Origin: the human T2T-CHM13v2.0 reference genome, Homo sapiens
Assembly (NCBI RefSeq): GCF_009914755.1
Contig: NC_060927.1
Strand: one strand, 5' to 3'
Length of the DNA stretch: 64,000 bases
In this document: positions 59,401 through 64,000 of the stretch, piece by piece
Numbering within the stretch: position 1 is the first letter of the stretch
Layout of the letters: the number at the start of each line of letters is the position of its first letter
Made by a program: the position numbers and the translations under genes
Notes under the pieces: generated by a model
What the model was told of the DNA's origin: nothing
What the model saw: the letters and a program-made list of their open reading frames with translations, nothing else
The model's database searches: none

Positions 59401-59411
59401 CTGGAAGATTA

Positions 59412-59708
<297 letters not shown>

Positions 59709-60505
59709 TTATATTAAATAAATCTACAGAAAGTTGTTCACAAAAAATAACATTTAAAATAGAAGATTCACAAGCAAGTAAAACGTTTCATACTCCTAGT
59801 GTTGGAAAGCAGATATGACTTTTAAATTCCTGGTTTTAATAATTCTCTGTAAGACTAAGGACACAAACACATATCTGAAATAATATTAACTTCTTAATTT
59901 CATTTGTTCCTGTAGCTTACTGTTGGCCTAAAGCCACACAATTCAGCCTTCCTTTGTCAGGATGCATTTCAGAGCTTCCAGCTGTAATTTTTTAAATGGT
60001 ACTGTAACAATACAGTATTGTGAAGCCACAGACAGTAAATGATAAGAGATACAAACTGACAGGAAGAAAAAAAAAATCTCCAGGGTGCAAAAGAAGAGAG
60101 AGAGAGGTAAAGACAGTATTTATAGAAAAACATTTAGTTAAAGTACTGAAATCCTGCAAAAAAGAATAGCTTTTGGTATTTTCCATACTGAACATTAATG
60201 CATTTTGCAAACAATTTTCCCGGTTTCAGTAGTAGCCAATTCTTTTTTTACCTCTTTTTAGGTAAATCCCACTAAAACAGTACATTTAATCTTGATGTGA
60301 CAAAGCAAGTTACTCATCTAAATAAGGACCCTGATTTTATTTAGTTTTACTGATTTTATGTAGAAAAACATTAGAGCTACAAATCCTCATAACAATGAAA
60401 ACAACATGTGAAAGTCAAACTTGTCTTGAATTTCTGTACTAATCCACACATCTCTGCACCCTAAGGCAACAAAAGATACTGATACAGAACTATGAGCAAA
60501 AATCA

Positions 60506-60800
60506 GGCTGGATGCGGTAGCTCACACCTGTAATCCCAGCACTTTGGGAGGCCAAGGTGGGTGGATGGCTTGAGCTCACAAGTTCAAGACCAGCCTGGGC
60601 AACATGGTAAAACCCCATTTCTACAAAAACATACAAAAATTAGCTGGGCATGGTGGCGGGCACGTGTAGTCCCAGCTACTAGGGAGGCTGAGGTGGGAGA
60701 ATCACTTAAACCCAGGAGGCAGGGGTTGCAGTGAGCCAAGATTGCACCACTGGGCAACAGAGTGAGAGACACTGTCTCCCAAAAAAAACAAAACAAAACT
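60506..60800 (+). mobile_element. AluJ/S-type SINE
   Basis: TSD AGCAAAAATCA. Confidence 0.92.
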
Positions 60801-61689
60801 AAGCAAAAATCAAGAGACATATATCACATACTAGTACGCAGAACCAAAACAGGTAATTTATACTGTGGCCTAAATCCTCCTGAACTATAATCGGATCACA
60901 AAACCTTTATACTCATTCTCATAAAGCTAAACTCCTGACAATAGAAAACAGCTTGCATTTTATCTTTATGTACAGAAACTTAAGCAAGTTCACCCTATAT
61001 CTTAAGGCTCAATGGGCAAACATTCCTAAGAAGAATATGTTAATCTCACAAGCATTTATCTGCTTAAACTGAACTTGATTCTATGGTATAACTCATCACA
61101 AATTATATAATATAAAGACAATGTATGACATCAACGAATATGGAAGGAAGCTTATCAAAGCAATGTTTCAATTCATAAGCAATCACATTTACAACAACAA
61201 AATTAGGTAAATTGTTTCCTTCAGGTGTTTTGCATTTTTATAGAAAATAACAATTCTATGGAGCAGAAAACCTGGATACTGTTCTTTCACCTAGAAGAAT
61301 GTATAGCTGTGTCTTGAACATCTACAACTGTTGAAACAAGTTTAATGTTATTGGAAAGCCTGTGGTGAGCTTAAGGCAGAAAACAATGTTTAAGGTATTC
61401 TAGTCCTATCCTATGGTAAAATGGTTATTTAAATGTGCATTTGCACAGCTGCTTAACATATGAGTTTTTTTAATTAATAAACCAAGAGTATGCTCCCTAA
61501 GACTGTGTATGTTCTTCTAAATAAGCTTCTATATCACTAAAATTCTAAAGCGTATTCCTCAGAGCATCCACATGGGGAAGGTTATATTGATCAGTTACTC
61601 TGATGCACTACTCCATTGTTAAGCTTACAAAGAAATGCTCAGAAACAAATAGATCAGAATTAGGATGCTCACTTTCATGGCCATTCATT

Positions 61690-62007
61690 TTATATATTTT
61701 TTATTTATTTTTAATTTTTTAGAGATAGGATATCACTCTGTTGCCCAGACTGGACTGCAGTGGCACAGTCAACAGCTCCCTGTAACCTCAACTCTTGGCC
61801 TCAAGTGATCCTCCTGCCTCAGCCTCCCAAGTAGCTTGGACTACAGGTGTGTGCCACCACACCTGGCTGTTTTTTTTAAAATTTCTTGTAGAGACAGGGG
61901 TCTCACTGTGTTGCCCAGGCTGGTCTTGAACTCCTGGCTCCAGTGATCCTCCCACATCAGCCTCCCGAAGTGCTGGGATTAGGGGCATGAGCCACTGTGT
62001 CCAACCA
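61690..62007 (-). mobile_element. AluJ-type SINE
   Basis: Reverse dimer. Confidence 0.92.
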
Positions 62008-62100
62008 TTTGAGAAAAGTGATCCTGAGATGGGAATTTTCTCAGCAAATCTTCAATAAATGCAAGACTATGCATTTTTTTAAAAAAGAAATCAAGTTTTG

Positions 62101-62800
<700 letters not shown>

Positions 62801-63114
62801 CCAATGAGAAAAAAACAGGGCATTATGTAAAAGAGGAAAGAAGAACACCACAACTATAACAAAGAAACTTAAGCTGGTACTCTGTAGGACTACAATCACA
62901 TCCACAATACTCAAATCAAATCTCTGGTACTGAGATTTCACTTTTAATACCCCTGTTCAAGATATTTTATTGAAGAAGCTATAAATTTATTGCTGGTTTA
63001 TCTTCACTGGCTGGATTTCACAAAACAAATACCCGACCTCGCCCCAAAAAAAGAAAAGGTAGAGACACTAAGGTTATTGTTTTTAAGGTGAGATAATTTT
63101 AAGCTTAAAAAGAT

Positions 63115-64000
63115 GAGGCATATTTAAGACTTAAATCTAAAATGAAAAACTATAAAAACCTTTGAAGATAACCTAGGAAATACCATCTGGACATAGGACC
63201 TGGCAAAGACTTCATAACAAAGATGCCAAAAGCGATTGCAACAAAACCAAAAATAAACAAATGGGACCCAATGAAACTAAAGAGCTTCTGCACAACAGAA
63301 GAAACTATCAAAGAGTAAACAGCCTACAGAAGGGGAGAAAATACTTGAAAATACTTGCAAACTATACATCAGATAAAGGTCTAATATTCAGAATCTATAA
63401 GGAACTTAAATCAGACAACCCTCATTAAAAAGTGGGCAAACGACATGAACGAACACTTTTCAAAAGATAACATGCATGCAGCAACAGGCTTATGAAAAAA
63501 TACTCAACATCACTAATCATTAGAGAAATGCAAATCTAAACCACAATAAGATACCATCTCACACCAGTCAGAATGTCTATTATTAAAAAGTCAAAAAATA
63601 ACAGATGCTGGTGAGGTTGTGGAGAAAAGAGAACACTTACACACTGCCGGTAGGAATGTAAATTAGTCCAGCCATTATGGAAAGCAGTCTGGCGATTTCT
63701 CAAATAACTTAAAACAGAATTACCATTTAACCCAGCAATCCTATTATGTATTTTCCCAAAGGAATATAAATAATTATTCCACAAAGACACATGCACATGT
63801 ATGTTCACTGCAGCACTATTCACAATAGCAAAGACATGGAATCATCCTAAATGCCCATCAATGGTAGACTGGATAAAGAAAATGTGGTACATGTACACCA
63901 CAGAATACTACACAGCAATAAAAAAATAATGAGATCATGTCCTTACAGAGCTGGAGGCCATTATCCTACACAAACTAACACAGGAACAGAAAACCATATA
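63115..64000 (+). mobile_element. L1P(A/B)-type ORF2 C-terminal region, runs off the window
   Basis: AATGAAACTAAAGAGCTTCTGCACA, AGATACCATCTCACACCAGTCAGAATG, GGATAAAGAAAATGTGGTACAT; frame disrupted. Confidence 0.92.

Overview
Primate (very probably human) genomic DNA. It is AT-rich and packed with interspersed repeats: roughly 55-60 Alu copies or fragments, old L1/HAL1, L2, MIR, MaLR and ERVL LTRs, and MER30/MER44/Tigger DNA-transposon fossils. Nearly every ORF in the supplied track is a translated Alu/L1/LTR artefact. The one well-supported genic feature is a short minus-strand coding first exon (ATG at 44794, MVQRFSLRRQLSK, phase-0 donor AAG|GTGGGT after 44756). It lies in a ~3 kb repeat-free island with promoter-type motifs. 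From memory this peptide is the alternative N-terminus of a short TMCC1 isoform, which would place the window inside the large TMCC1 intron. That assignment is recall, not a database search. I see no convincing new multi-gene system. The best leads are tandem uORFs and a composite ETS/AP-1/E-box site at the internal promoter, a weak 9-nt microexon candidate, an unnamed old TIR element, and several template-switch/fold-back footprints. Repeat subfamily names and most repeat boundaries are by-eye estimates.
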